Of a DNA stretch of 64,000 nt, positions 8,956-19,050 are shown in pieces. Each line of letters opens with the position of its first letter. The stretch's first letter is position 1. The notes below the pieces were generated by a model that searched no databases, had not been told where the DNA came from, and worked only from the letters and a program-made list of their open reading frames with translations. Source of the DNA: Alphaproteobacteria bacterium (GTDB taxonomy: Bacteria > Pseudomonadota > Alphaproteobacteria > Caedimonadales > UBA9215); the NCBI GenBank assembly GCA_009993885.1, contig JAACSN010000011.1:28654-92653 (forward strand), given 5' to 3'. A program made the position numbers and the translations under genes.

Positions 8956-10128
8956 TTATTTCTTTAAAAGCGTTTCAAGGACGGCTTGGGCTGCTACATC
9001 ACTTGGGGACTTTCCGGATTTTGGTTCCACGAGGGCGCGTAGCTTTGCAAGCTCTCTTTTTTGTATTGCATGTGATTCTGATTTCTTTTTTAAGAGTTTA
9101 TGAAGGGCATGGGAGAGGTCGTCCGATTTGCAATTTTCTTGTAAAAGTTCGGGCACGACTTCTTTTTCTAATAAAATGTTGGTGAGAGAAACATGTTTTG
9201 TGAGAATTAATTTGCGGACAATGGCCGCGGAAAGCGGGTTACCTTTGTACGCAACAACCATAGGGGTATCACATAAGCCAAGTTCCAGGGTTACAGTGCC
9301 CGAGGCAGCAAGGGCAGCTGTTGAGGCTCGCATAGCTTCGTATTTTTCCGTTTCATCGGTTGTGACATATCCTGCAATGCCGTGATCTTTTAGGGCTTGT
9401 GTTATTTGGTCTTTAAAGCGGGGCAAGGTCGGGATAACAACATTAAGATCGGGATGATGGGATTTCAGGATTTCGACGGCATTTAAAAAGAGAGGAAGGT
9501 GCGTTTTGATCTCTGAGGGACGGCTTCCCGGCAGAATACAAAGGAGAGGTTGATCTTTTTCAAGCTTGTGTTTTTTGCGGTACACTTCGGGGGAAATATC
9601 CCACAGCTTTTTTTCAACAAGGGGATGCCCCATGAAGGTTGTTTTTAGACCGTGCTTTGTGAAATAGGGGGGTTCAAAATGAAAGAGGGTTAAAAGGTGC
9701 GTTAAATAGCCGGCGACCCTCTCGGCACGACGAGGGCGCCATGCCCAAACCGTTGGTGCCGTAATATGAATGACGGGGATATTGAGAGGTTTTAAGCGCT
9801 TGGCAAGTCTAAAGTTAAAGCCCGGCGCGTCTATGGTAACGACAAGATCCGGTTTGACTTTTTTGATATCATCAAGGGTTTGGGCAAGGCGGGTTAAGAC
9901 ATTAATAATATGCGGGATAATTTCCAAGATCCCCATAATAGAGAGCTCACCCATGGGAAAGAGACTTTTAAGCCCTTCCTCTGACATGCGCGTGCTACCG
10001 ACCCCTTCAAAAAGGAGGTGAATGTTCTTAGGACATTGTGCCTTTAGAGAGCTCATTAAGGCGCCTCCTATTTGGTCACCGCTTTCTTCGCCTGCAATGA
10101 TATAAATGGTTTTGCGTTCTTTAGTCAT
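8956..10128 (-). CDS. lpxB: Lipid-A-disaccharide synthase
   Basis: IAGEESGD, IDAPGFN, VWAWR, LPGSR and ASGTVTLE. Start set at MTKERK, which overlaps the lpxI stop. Confidence 0.96.
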   Translation of the reverse strand: MTKERKTIYIIAGEESGDQIGGALMSSLKAQCPKNIHLLFEGVGSTRMSEEGLKSLFPMGELSIMGILEIIPHIINVLTRLAQTLDDIKKVKPDLVVTIDAPGFNFRLAKRLKPLNIPVIHITAPTVWAWRPRRAERVAGYLTHLLTLFHFEPPYFTKHGLKTTFMGHPLVEKKLWDISPEVYRKKHKLEKDQPLLCILPGSRPSEIKTHLPLFLNAVEILKSHHPDLNVVIPTLPRFKDQITQALKDHGIAGYVTTDETEKYEAMRASTAALAASGTVTLELGLCDTPMVVAYKGNPLSAAIVRKLILTKHVSLTNILLEKEVVPELLQENCKSDDLSHALHKLLKKKSESHAIQKRELAKLRALVEPKSGKSPSDVAAQAVLETLLKK

Positions 10129-10984
10129 AGGAGACTCCTGTAATAAAAAGACCCTTTGAGTCCGCAAGGGCAATGGTCTCGTCTTTATTTAATAAAATAA
10201 CATGATCGGCTTCGGCAGCAATGCCGCGAAGACCCGCTTGCGCTGCGTATTCAACAGTCCTCGGTCCGATAACAGCACGATCAACGCGTGTTTCTTGATT
10301 GGGTTTGATGACTTTTACGAAAACACCGCCAAGGCCGTCTTGTTTCAAGGAAGCCGTGCGTTTGATCAGTTCATCGGAGCCCTCAATGGCTTCAACTCCC
10401 AGTACAAGGCCTTGTTGTACAACAACACTTTGTCCTACATCTTGGGCGCCGAGGGCTTTGGCCACGTCGAGGCCGCGCCTAATATCTTTTAGAGCTTGCT
10501 CGTCGGGTTGTTCTTTTGTGAGAGTTCCTAAGTTCACCATGGCCTGTGGGCCAAGCAAGTCTTCCGGGCTAATAACAATAAGGCCTTCGTTTTCAAAAAA
10601 ATCTACGATAACGCGAAAGAGTCCGTCATCTCCCATGGGTTTACCGACCAGCTTTGCCATCAGAGCAACGCCTTTAAGATCCGGTTTAAGGTCGCTCCAA
10701 GCAGGGCGATTGAAATAGCCTGCCATGACAATGTGGTCGACTTTATTGGTTTTGAAATGCTTGATGGTTTTTCCGGCTTGTCCAAGGCCAACCCAATCAT
10801 GGGGTAATCCTTGAACAAATTTGGGGTCCGTTTGTCCGTCATAAGCCATAATGTAGTAAGGGATGTTTTGTATTTGGCAGGCTTGAATGATATCGCGGGG
10901 CAGGTCACCGTGACCCGCAATAATACCAAGACAATTAATGTTGCTTAAGTCTGCCATAGAGACGTCTTTTGAAAATGAGTTCAT
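10121..10984 (-). CDS. lpxI: UDP-2,3-diacylglucosamine pyrophosphatase LpxI (DUF1009)
   Basis: LGIIAGHGDLP, DVGQSVVV, VEAIEGSD and KPNQETRVD, directly upstream of lpxB. Confidence 0.92.
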   Translation of the reverse strand: MNSFSKDVSMADLSNINCLGIIAGHGDLPRDIIQACQIQNIPYYIMAYDGQTDPKFVQGLPHDWVGLGQAGKTIKHFKTNKVDHIVMAGYFNRPAWSDLKPDLKGVALMAKLVGKPMGDDGLFRVIVDFFENEGLIVISPEDLLGPQAMVNLGTLTKEQPDEQALKDIRRGLDVAKALGAQDVGQSVVVQQGLVLGVEAIEGSDELIKRTASLKQDGLGGVFVKVIKPNQETRVDRAVIGPRTVEYAAQAGLRGIAAEADHVILLNKDETIALADSKGLFITGVSYD

Positions 10985-11056
10985 CTATGACAAAACATAA
11001 CATATGAGCACGCCCGTGAATAGAAAATTTACCCCCTTTTTTGAGGAAAAAGTTCC

Positions 11057-12592
11057 TTAGTTTTTAAGGACGTTTTTGGGCGTAATACTTCTGTAACAAA
11101 TGAGTGCGGCAGCAAAAGAAAGAATTGCCACAAGCCCTATAACACTGAATAAAGCCCTTACCAAGGAGTCGTTGATCATTGCAAGATAACGGGTGATTTC
11201 TTGAGAGGTGAACGTACTTAAAAGACTTAAGTCCCGATAAGCACTGCCCAAGACGGTTAAAAGGTTTTGGGTTGCTTCGGGGTTTAACGGAATGGCTTCT
11301 ACGGTTAGCAACCGGTTAAAGTAAACTGCGCCAAGGCCTGTAAACAAGCTTGTTGAGACGACAACACCCAAGCTGTTAGAGGTGCAGGCTGCCATAATAA
11401 ATGTTCCGGAGGCTGTGCTAAGTTTTTTTGGATCAACGACCTTCATCATCATGGCATTCAGAGCCGGAAAGGATAGACCCATACCGAGACCCATGGCAAA
11501 AAGCACAACGAGGAGAGTCGTTTTTTCGGTATTTGTATTAAAGAACATGGCAAAGATTAAGGTGACTCCAAGTAATAAAAGACCTCCGCAAATGGGGTAG
11601 CGGGCATCCATCTTATCAACGAAACTTCCGCCAAAGGGAGACAAGAGTCCAAGGGCGCAGGTCATGGAAAGGAAGATCAATCCGGCTTCATAGGGACTAT
11701 AACCTTGAATATTTTGTAAATATAATCCGATGATCACAAGAATTGTTGAAAAGGCAAAGCAATAAACGGAAAAACCGATCATACATCCTATAAAAGGTTT
11801 GTTGCTGAAAAGTCCTTTAGGGATCAAGCGATTTTCTTTTTTCTCGGAAGTTTTTATAAAAAGGGCAAGGAGAGAAAGAGAAGCTGCAATAATTCCCCAT
11901 AATGCAGGGTCTTTAAGTCCCCAAACTTCACTTTGATTAAGGGCGTACATGAATCCCATGAGAGAGACTCCTAAAAGAAGGCTTCCTTGAACATCGACTT
12001 TACCCTCGGCAATACGTTTAGGTTCTTTGGCAACACAGAGTATAATTATTGCAACGGTAATCAAGCAAAGGGGGCCGTTAATAAGAAAGATCCAACGCCA
12101 ACCGAAATTGGCAAGGATATACCCCCCAAAGCTTGGCCCGATAGCAAGACCAACGGCTGCTCCAACCCCAAGCATGCCGATAGCAAAACCTCGGTTTTTC
12201 TCAGGAAAACACTCAAAGACAAGGGCGTAGAGCGGCGGGACAAAAAGAGCGCCCCCAAACCCCTGTAAAACACGAGCAAAAATCAAAAGAGGAGCCGATG
12301 TGACAATCCCGCATAAAATAGAGGAAAGGGCAAAGATATTTACGCCCCATAAAAGCAATCGACGCTTGCCGTAAATATCGGCCAGTTGTCCGGCAGGAAT
12401 CACGAGGACGGCCCAGGCTAAGACATAGCCGCTTAATAACCATTGGAGGGTATTAAGGTCGGCGCCGCTATCCTTAGAAATAGGAAGGAGAGCAATATTG
12501 ACGGCCGTATAATCTACGTTGATTAAAAGGATTAAGATCATCATGGCAAAAAGGACGAAATAGGCTCGGGCTTTTTCAGATATATTTAACAT
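11057..12592 (-). CDS. MFS DHA2 (EmrB/QacA-type) transporter
   Basis: 14-TM pattern with DYTAVNIAL, GQLADIYGKRR, RVLQGFGG and GWRWIFLIN. Confidence 0.92.
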   Translation of the reverse strand: MLNISEKARAYFVLFAMMILILLINVDYTAVNIALLPISKDSGADLNTLQWLLSGYVLAWAVLVIPAGQLADIYGKRRLLLWGVNIFALSSILCGIVTSAPLLIFARVLQGFGGALFVPPLYALVFECFPEKNRGFAIGMLGVGAAVGLAIGPSFGGYILANFGWRWIFLINGPLCLITVAIIILCVAKEPKRIAEGKVDVQGSLLLGVSLMGFMYALNQSEVWGLKDPALWGIIAASLSLLALFIKTSEKKENRLIPKGLFSNKPFIGCMIGFSVYCFAFSTILVIIGLYLQNIQGYSPYEAGLIFLSMTCALGLLSPFGGSFVDKMDARYPICGGLLLLGVTLIFAMFFNTNTEKTTLLVVLFAMGLGMGLSFPALNAMMMKVVDPKKLSTASGTFIMAACTSNSLGVVVSTSLFTGLGAVYFNRLLTVEAIPLNPEATQNLLTVLGSAYRDLSLLSTFTSQEITRYLAMINDSLVRALFSVIGLVAILSFAAALICYRSITPKNVLKN

Positions 12593-12837
12593 TATTTTTT
12601 CCTATTTTACGGGGACACTTTTTTGAAAGTTCTAAAAAGTGAAATTTCTTAAAAATATAATGTTTTCAAAACTATGACAATAGACTATTTTTTGTCCTTC
12701 TTTTTGGGATAGCGGTAAAGAGTCTTGCCAAAGCCCTTTAAATGGTTCAAAATTACTATAAAATGTATATATCTTAAGTTTTTCTTTGCTTGTCATAGCT
12801 TGGAAAAATAAGGAGATCACAGGGAGATTCTATTAAA

Positions 12838-13443
12838 ATGGCAGACGAAACTAAGAAAGACGTTGACGACGCCGAAGAGATTAAAGACCCCGATGATATC
12901 GGGGAGGAGTCCGGCGATTCTGAAGGTGAAGACGCCAAGGCAAAAAAGAAAAAATCCGGCTCCGGCATGATGACAATATTGTTGGCGGCCGGTATTCCGA
13001 CAGTCTTAATTCTTATTCTTGCCGTTGTTCTCTTTTTTACGTCCTTTGGGCGCGGTCTTATTGGCCTTGATAAGGGGGACGCTAAACACGGTGAGGAAGA
13101 AAGCGTGGAAGAGGCTGTTGTCAAACTACCCGAACACATTACCTATTATGAAATGCCCGAATTATTGGTGAATATTCAAACAAGTTCGTCGAAGCGTAAA
13201 CCTTATTTGCGTTTGGCTGTTAAATTCGAAATACATGATCCCGAGGCTATAAAAACCCTTGATTTGATTAAGCCTCGTATTATTGATGCCTTTCAAGTTT
13301 ATTTACGAGAGTTGCGGGTGGATGATCTGGAAGGTTCTACCGGTTCTCAGCGTTTGAAAGAAGAGCTTTTAAAGCGCGTGAATACGGTTGCAGCGCCGGT
13401 GAAAGTCATAGATGTTTTATTTCAGGTGTTCGTTATCCAGTAA
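12838..13443 (+). CDS. fliL: Flagellar basal body protein FliL
   Basis: Single TM segment, PELLVN, and PRIIDAFQVYLRELRVDDLEGS.G.QRLKEEL. Confidence 0.93.
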   Translation: MADETKKDVDDAEEIKDPDDIGEESGDSEGEDAKAKKKKSGSGMMTILLAAGIPTVLILILAVVLFFTSFGRGLIGLDKGDAKHGEEESVEEAVVKLPEHITYYEMPELLVNIQTSSSKRKPYLRLAVKFEIHDPEAIKTLDLIKPRIIDAFQVYLRELRVDDLEGSTGSQRLKEELLKRVNTVAAPVKVIDVLFQVFVIQ

Positions 13444-13474
13444 CAGGGCTTCCTTTTATTCTTGAGAAGGAGGG

Positions 13475-13543
13475 AAGGTTAAGGGAAACTTAGATTGCTT
13501 TTAACGATATATGGTTAAGGCCGTATTCAACAGGAAGGTTAAG
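13475..13543. promoter_or_regulatory. Putative CtrA sites upstream of fliM
   Basis: TTAACCAT on the minus strand at 13511-13518, TTAA-N7-TTAG at 13479-13493, and three GGTTAAG copies. Confidence 0.45.
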
Positions 13544-13547
13544 TAAA

Positions 13548-14639
13548 ATGAGTGATGCTGCAGAGGAAGAATTAAGTGATGAAGAGCTTGCAGCTCAATG
13601 GGCTGCTGAGGGTGAAATTGACGAAGAAAATAAAGAACCCGAGCGTATTTTAAGTCAAGATGAAATTGATAACTTGTTGGGAAGCGCCGGCGTTGGAGCT
13701 AAAGAATCCGGCGGTATTAATTTCCTTATTAACAACAGCAAGCTTTCCCATGAACGCCTTCCGATGTTGGAAGTGGTGTTTGATCGTCTTGTACGAAATT
13801 TAACAACGTCTTTAAGAAATTTCACCTCCTCTACGGTTGATCTAAGTGTCGATGAGATGACGTCTGTTCGTTTTGGAGATTACCTTGATACGGTTTCTTT
13901 GCCAGCGCTTTTAACCGTTTTCAAGGCCGAAGAATGGGAGACACTGTCTCTTTTATATGTGGAAACAGGTCTTGTTTATACATTGGTGGATACCCTGCTG
14001 GGCGGTAAAAATGAAACTGCCGAACTGAAAGTAGAGGGGCGTCCCTTTACCTCGATTGAACGGGGACTTGTAAAAGAACTTGCCGATATTATTTTGATTG
14101 ATTTTACCCAAGCTTTTTCAAGCATTGCACCCGTCACTTTCAGTTATGATCGCATGGAAACCACCCCGCGTTTTGCGGCGATTGTCCGACCTGTCGATGC
14201 GGCTATTTTAGTGAATGTTCGGATTACCATGGAAGGGCGCGGCGGGAATGTTCAGTTTTGTATTCCTTATGCTTCCATTGAGCCTGTGCGTGATCAAATC
14301 GTACAAATGTTTATGGGTGAAAAGTCCGGCGGCGACAGTATGTGGTCGGGGCATCTGCAGAGTGAAGTTTGGGATGCTGAAGTAGAAGTTGATACGATTT
14401 TAGGTGAAATGTCCATTCCTCTTGGGGAAGCTTTAAAGTGGAAAGTCGGATCTCAAATCGTACTACGCACCAAACCGCAATCTCTCTTAAAGGCCTCCGT
14501 TGGCGGCTTTAAGATTTTAGAAGGAAAAGCAGGGCGAAGAGACGGCTTTGTTTCCCTGCGTGTTGAGCAAAATATGATACAAAAAAAATTGCAACGTATT
14601 TATGAAGATCAACAAAATCACAAAAAGGAAACTTCATGA
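13548..14639 (+). CDS. fliM: Flagellar motor switch protein FliM
   Basis: ERILSQDEID, ERLPMLEVVFDRLVR.LTTSLRNFTS and SVRFGDYL. Confidence 0.96.
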   Translation: MSDAAEEELSDEELAAQWAAEGEIDEENKEPERILSQDEIDNLLGSAGVGAKESGGINFLINNSKLSHERLPMLEVVFDRLVRNLTTSLRNFTSSTVDLSVDEMTSVRFGDYLDTVSLPALLTVFKAEEWETLSLLYVETGLVYTLVDTLLGGKNETAELKVEGRPFTSIERGLVKELADIILIDFTQAFSSIAPVTFSYDRMETTPRFAAIVRPVDAAILVNVRITMEGRGGNVQFCIPYASIEPVRDQIVQMFMGEKSGGDSMWSGHLQSEVWDAEVEVDTILGEMSIPLGEALKWKVGSQIVLRTKPQSLLKASVGGFKILEGKAGRRDGFVSLRVEQNMIQKKLQRIYEDQQNHKKETS

Positions 14640-15079
14640 GTTTTGATATCATTTTAGATTTAATTGTCATTAGCTGTTTAGGGGCTACTATTGCGTTTGC
14701 CGTGCGTTTAAATAAAAAGCTGGCAACCATTTATAAAAGTCGTGAAGAAATACAGGCCTTTTTAAATCAATTTACAGAGTCTATGTCCAAGGCCGATGCC
14801 AGTATAAAAGATTTGCGAGGCGTTGGTGAGTCTGTTTTTAAAAGTGCTCAAAAAGAGATGGACGATGCCCGTGCTTTAAAAGATGATTTGGCTTTTTTAA
14901 ATGAGCGTGGAGAAGAGTTGGCGGAACGTCTTGACGGGGCTATTCGAGTTGCGCGGACGCTTTATAAGGAATTGGAAGATAGAGCTGCCGGCGTTTCACC
15001 GGCCGCCTCAAATGCCCCTTACTATGAAGAAGAAGCCTCCCAGCCCGAACTCGTCCGTCAGTTGAAAAATGTGCGTTAG
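14636..15079 (+). CDS. Flagellum-associated membrane-anchored coiled-coil protein (DUF6468-like)
   Basis: N-terminal TM segment, then RLNKKL and DDLAFLNERGEELAERL. Overlaps the fliM stop. Confidence 0.7.
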   Translation: MSFDIILDLIVISCLGATIAFAVRLNKKLATIYKSREEIQAFLNQFTESMSKADASIKDLRGVGESVFKSAQKEMDDARALKDDLAFLNERGEELAERLDGAIRVARTLYKELEDRAAGVSPAASNAPYYEEEASQPELVRQLKNVR

Positions 15080-15118
15080 CATTTTTTTGGTTTTTTAAAT
15101 ACGATAAGGTTATGCCCT

Positions 15119-15922
15119 ATGAAATCTCTTTTAAAAGCTTACCGAGTGACTACGGCAGAGGCTTTGCCGCAAGGTAATTCTGCTCGTGCTTCTTCTTCCT
15201 CCCTCTCTCGCCGGAGAGTCGGAGAGTCTTTGAAAGAAAAATTAAGTTTTTTATTCCTTTTTAAAATACGTCTTGTGCCCCTTGTGATTTTCTTCGCTGT
15301 TTTAGTTTTGGGTGCACGAGTCACAACGCTTTTTAGCCATATGGGCGGCAGCTCTCTTTTAAAAGAGGTCCACGCTTCTGCTAATAAAAACGAAAAACCG
15401 ACTCCTTTGGGAAAATTAGATTCCTTACCCGAAAAAAACAAAAATGAACTAAAAGCTCTGGATAAATTTGATCCCTTTAACATGACCGCGGATCAATACC
15501 GAGCTTTAAAAGGTGTCCTTGATAAGGGAAATCAGCTTGCTGATCGAGAGCATTCTATTTCTGAAAAAGAGCAAGTCTTGCAGGCGCTTGTTAAAAAAAT
15601 GGATGAGAAAATTTCCGAACTTAAAAAAACAAAGGAAGAGCTAAAAGTTCTTGTTGATAAAATCGAGGAAGACGAAAACGCTAATACAAAACGCCTTGTT
15701 AAAATGACAGAATCCATGAAGCCTGCTCAAGCAGCTAAAGTTTTGGAAGGCATCGAATTCTCGATTCTTCTTGAAATTATGGAGAAAGTAAAAGAAACAA
15801 AGGCTTCGGCTATTCTGGCTGCTATGGATGTGGAAAAGGCGGGGTATCTTATGACGGCTCTTTCAAAGCGCCGTAAAATTTTTAAAAAGGGCAATCCTTC
15901 TAAATCCGTTATGGAAGGGTGA
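15119..15922 (+). CDS. MotE-like flagellar motility protein (MgtE_N-like C-terminus)
   Basis: TM segment plus coiled coil plus RLVKMTESMKPAQAAKVL...KASAILAAMD. Confidence 0.8.
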   Translation: MKSLLKAYRVTTAEALPQGNSARASSSSLSRRRVGESLKEKLSFLFLFKIRLVPLVIFFAVLVLGARVTTLFSHMGGSSLLKEVHASANKNEKPTPLGKLDSLPEKNKNELKALDKFDPFNMTADQYRALKGVLDKGNQLADREHSISEKEQVLQALVKKMDEKISELKKTKEELKVLVDKIEEDENANTKRLVKMTESMKPAQAAKVLEGIEFSILLEIMEKVKETKASAILAAMDVEKAGYLMTALSKRRKIFKKGNPSKSVMEG

Positions 15923-15998
15923 CGATCTCATTTAAGCTGTTTGAGCCGGTGTTATATTTTTGTAGTCGGGTTTTGCCGAAAGGAAGTGAAGTTTTATT

Positions 15999-16106
15999 AT
16001 GTATAAATTTACCTTCTCTTTGATGACATCGGATCAAGAAGGACTCGTGCTGAAGTGGCTCCATAAACCCCATATCTTAATGCGGTTGAGGAAAAGGATT
16101 AATTAA
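15999..16106 (+). pseudogene. Possible 5' remnant of an AAC(6')-like GNAT acetyltransferase
   Basis: 35 aa ORF MYKFTFSLMTSDQEGLVLKWLHKPHI resembles the F.F..L...D..L...WL..PHV start of that GNAT family. It ends at the convergent gene. Confidence 0.4.
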
Positions 16107-16674
16107 TCTTCAAGTGCTTTCCTTCATAAATAGTCCATGGATGGGTAGAGTGTTTTGGCGGTTCGTGATAGATCGGTTGGCAATTGGGTAAGTCAATAAA
16201 AGGCAGCCCTAGGGCTTTTTGTATAGCCCAATAAACACCGCCATGGGCGACAATTAAGACAGGCCCGGGTAAGGTCAAGGCTTGTGTAAGGCCAACGAGA
16301 ACACGTTTGGAAAAGTCAGAAAATAGCTCGGCTTGGTCAATAGGCTTGTCTTGTCTCCAATGCCGGAGCCAAGCGCCATCCCCTTTGGGGTGTCCTTCCC
16401 TGATTCCCCATCCGCACTCTTTTAGGTTATGAAGGATGCTGATTGGTGTCGGGTTAGCGGCAGAAATAATCTCAGAAGTAACTTTTGCCCGCGCTAACGG
16501 GCTCACCGCAATGGAGGAAAACTTTATATGTTTTAAGTTTTGGGCAGCAACTTTAGCTTGGGCTATTCCTGTTTCATTTAGGGGAATATCAGTTTGTCCC
16601 ATGGCTCGGTGTTCTTTGTTCCAATCTGTTTCGCCATGGCGAATGAAATAAAAGGGGTGATGGGGAATGCTCAT
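16099..16674 (-). CDS. Histidine phosphatase (phosphoglycerate mutase family)
   Basis: FIRHGETDWN, SPLARA and IVAHGG. Confidence 0.93.
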   Translation of the reverse strand: MSIPHHPFYFIRHGETDWNKEHRAMGQTDIPLNETGIAQAKVAAQNLKHIKFSSIAVSPLARAKVTSEIISAANPTPISILHNLKECGWGIREGHPKGDGAWLRHWRQDKPIDQAELFSDFSKRVLVGLTQALTLPGPVLIVAHGGVYWAIQKALGLPFIDLPNCQPIYHEPPKHSTHPWTIYEGKHLKIN

Positions 16675-17138
16675 ATCATAACGCTTTCAAGATTTTGGAG
16701 AGACGGCTCGTCGAGCCATTTTCTTAAGAGATTCCGCAGCGGTTCCGGCCTGAAGTCAATGGTGGACAGCTGATCTAGCGGGAACCAAAAAAGCTCGATA
16801 TGATCTTCGAGGCGCGCAATAGGTATTTGTTTTTTCAAGCTTGGAGAGGTGACCTCAAAAATAAAGTTATACTCATGGTTGTGGCAAATGCTGTTGTGCC
16901 CCGGCTCGAAGCTATATTCAAGGCAGCCTAGGGATCTTTTAATTGTGCACTCTTTTACCCCTGCTTCTTCTTGGAGTTCTCGAAGGACGGCTTCTTTAGC
17001 GCTTTCACCATGTTCAATGTGTCCGCCCGGTAGAAAATAAAAGGCCTTGGGTAGGTCAAGGGTTTTACAAAGTAAAATATGCCCCTGATCCACGATGACG
17101 GCACGGCTTAACACATGAATTTTATCTTTCCGAGTCAT
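16671..17138 (-). CDS. NUDIX hydrolase
   Basis: Nudix box PGGHIEHGESAKEAVLRELQEEAG. Confidence 0.95.
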   Translation of the reverse strand: MTRKDKIHVLSRAVIVDQGHILLCKTLDLPKAFYFLPGGHIEHGESAKEAVLRELQEEAGVKECTIKRSLGCLEYSFEPGHNSICHNHEYNFIFEVTSPSLKKQIPIARLEDHIELFWFPLDQLSTIDFRPEPLRNLLRKWLDEPSLQNLESVMI

Positions 17139-17144
17139 ATTTTC

Positions 17145-17705
17145 TTAATCCATCATGCCGATTTCAAGGTCTTTATCATAGAGCAAGTCGTATTTTTCCC
17201 TAGCTTGGAACAATTGATAGTGCCACCACTCAGTTTTGAAAAAATCCCATCCGGCTAGGGTCATGATACCCGTGAGAAGGCAGCGGTTCCGTTGTGCTTC
17301 TTGGTTAATATCCGTATTGCCATGGTGAGAAAAAACGGTGAAATCATCAAAGGGTGTTCCCATATCAAGATCTTGACCTGTTTCTTGATCAACGAGCGTC
17401 AGATCAACGGCTACACCTCGTGAATGGGGAGAGCCTTTTTCAGGAGGACAAATATAAGTAGGGTCGGAACAAAAAGCCCAGAGTTTTTCCTGAGCTTCTT
17501 GGGGGCGGAACGCATCAAATATTTTTAAGGCGTAGCCTTGGGCATTAGCAATTTCGAGCGCCTTTAAAAGTTTCTCATGGGCGTCTTTATGAAGATAACA
17601 AAGCGAACGGGCATAAACAGGATTGCCTGTGAAGTTTTGAGATGTTGCGTAAGCAAGATCGAGGATGAGTTTATTTTGAATAGGGTGAAGTTGAATCAGT
17701 GTCAT
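17145..17705 (-). CDS. ddpX: D-alanyl-D-alanine dipeptidase (peptidase M15, VanX/DdpX)
   Basis: YATSQNFTG, FDAFRP, SPHSRGVAVDLT, DMGTPFD and EWWHY. Confidence 0.94.
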   Translation of the reverse strand: MTLIQLHPIQNKLILDLAYATSQNFTGNPVYARSLCYLHKDAHEKLLKALEIANAQGYALKIFDAFRPQEAQEKLWAFCSDPTYICPPEKGSPHSRGVAVDLTLVDQETGQDLDMGTPFDDFTVFSHHGNTDINQEAQRNRCLLTGIMTLAGWDFFKTEWWHYQLFQAREKYDLLYDKDLEIGMMD

Positions 17706-17768
17706 TTATCGCTCACATATGCTATGGGTAAGTGAAAGAATAACAATTTTATCAGACTAAGTCCGGAT

Positions 17769-18422
17769 ATGAATATTTTAGCTTTTGACCTTGCCAATTT
17801 TTCCTCTTCTTTTGCACTTATGAAGCAAGGTCGCATTGTTTTTTTTGAACATACCGAAGCGTTTCGGGGGCAAGATGTCACCCTGTTGCCTAAATTGCAA
17901 AAGGTATTATCGGACAATGAGTTAACTTTTCAAGGGTTGGATCGTTTGGTAACCACAAGGGGACCCGGGTCTTTTACGGGTATTCGTGTTGCTCTTGCAA
18001 CAGCCCAAGGGATTTCTTTTGCAGCAGAAAAACCGGCATTGGGTGTGGATTCTTTTTTGTGGGTTTTAAAATCCTATCTTAGGGAGTTTTCGCCAAGTCA
18101 GCCTATTTTGGTTCTTTTAGAATCCCTCCGTTTAGAGCTCTACGGACAACTTTTTACAGCAGAAGGAGAAGCTGTAAGCACTCCGTTTTCTTTGTCACCG
18201 GAGGACATCTCAAAAAATGCCTTCTATAAAAAAGCGTTATGTATCGGAAACGGGGCTTTCCCTATGGAAGAGTATGGCTTTCAAGTGGATCCTTTTATGC
18301 CGCAAGCAACCCATTTGGCTGAATTTGCCGCTACGATTCCTGAAAAGGAGCTAGAGCACTATCCGTGTCTTCCCCTTTATGTAAGAGAAGCAGATACCGG
18401 AAAAACAAAGAATTTAAAATGA
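17769..18422 (+). CDS. tsaB: tRNA t6A biosynthesis protein TsaB
   Basis: MNILAFD, GPGSFTGIRV and C-terminal PLYVR. Confidence 0.93.
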   Translation: MNILAFDLANFSSSFALMKQGRIVFFEHTEAFRGQDVTLLPKLQKVLSDNELTFQGLDRLVTTRGPGSFTGIRVALATAQGISFAAEKPALGVDSFLWVLKSYLREFSPSQPILVLLESLRLELYGQLFTAEGEAVSTPFSLSPEDISKNAFYKKALCIGNGAFPMEEYGFQVDPFMPQATHLAEFAATIPEKELEHYPCLPLYVREADTGKTKNLK

Positions 18423-18871
18423 CGTTTGATGTGCGAGACCTTGAGGCAGATAAGGCTCTTGATATGGCAAGACTCTACGGGCAATGCTTTGACAATGTTT
18501 GGGAAGCATCCTTTTTTGAAAGTAAGTTGACTGACAGTTGTTTTGCAAAAGGTATCTTTGTAAAAGAAGAACTTGTTGGCTTTATTCTCGTCCAAAATAT
18601 TGAAGATGAAGCGGAAATTTTGACTTTTTGTGTCCGTGAAAACCATAGAAAACAAGGTATCGGGGAAAGTCTCCTTCTAGACGTCTTAAAACAGTCAAAA
18701 ATTTTGTCCTGCTTTCTTGAAGTTCGGTGTAATAATAAACCTGCTATCGCCCTTTATGAAAGGCTTGGCTTCAAAAAAAAGGGAGTGCGCAAAGGGTATT
18801 ATCAAAGCCAAAGGCAGGGAAGTCAAAATTCCACTCCTGATGCAATCATTTACACTTATTCAAAAAATTGA
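18419..18871 (+). CDS. rimI: Ribosomal protein N-acetyltransferase RimI
   Basis: EAEILT, RKQGIG, FLEVR..N..AIALY..LGF and RKGYY. The ATG overlaps the tsaB stop. Confidence 0.9.
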   Translation: MTFDVRDLEADKALDMARLYGQCFDNVWEASFFESKLTDSCFAKGIFVKEELVGFILVQNIEDEAEILTFCVRENHRKQGIGESLLLDVLKQSKILSCFLEVRCNNKPAIALYERLGFKKKGVRKGYYQSQRQGSQNSTPDAIIYTYSKN

Positions 18872-19050
18872 AATTATTTATAAAAAAATACTTGATTTAT
18901 TCTTGCGATTGTCCTAGAACAGGTTATACGAAATGAATACCTCTTTTGATATTGAATACCTTCCCTGATATTAATGTATTTAAAAGAAAAGGTTTGTTAA
19001 CAAAGGCTATAATGTCTTAAAATTCGTTTGATGATGAAAAGGAAAATAAA

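Noticed and set aside
17145-17705. VanX as a vancomycin resistance gene
   Set aside because: No vanH, vanA or vanRS is present. DdpX homologues are common in Gram-negative bacteria for dipeptide recycling.
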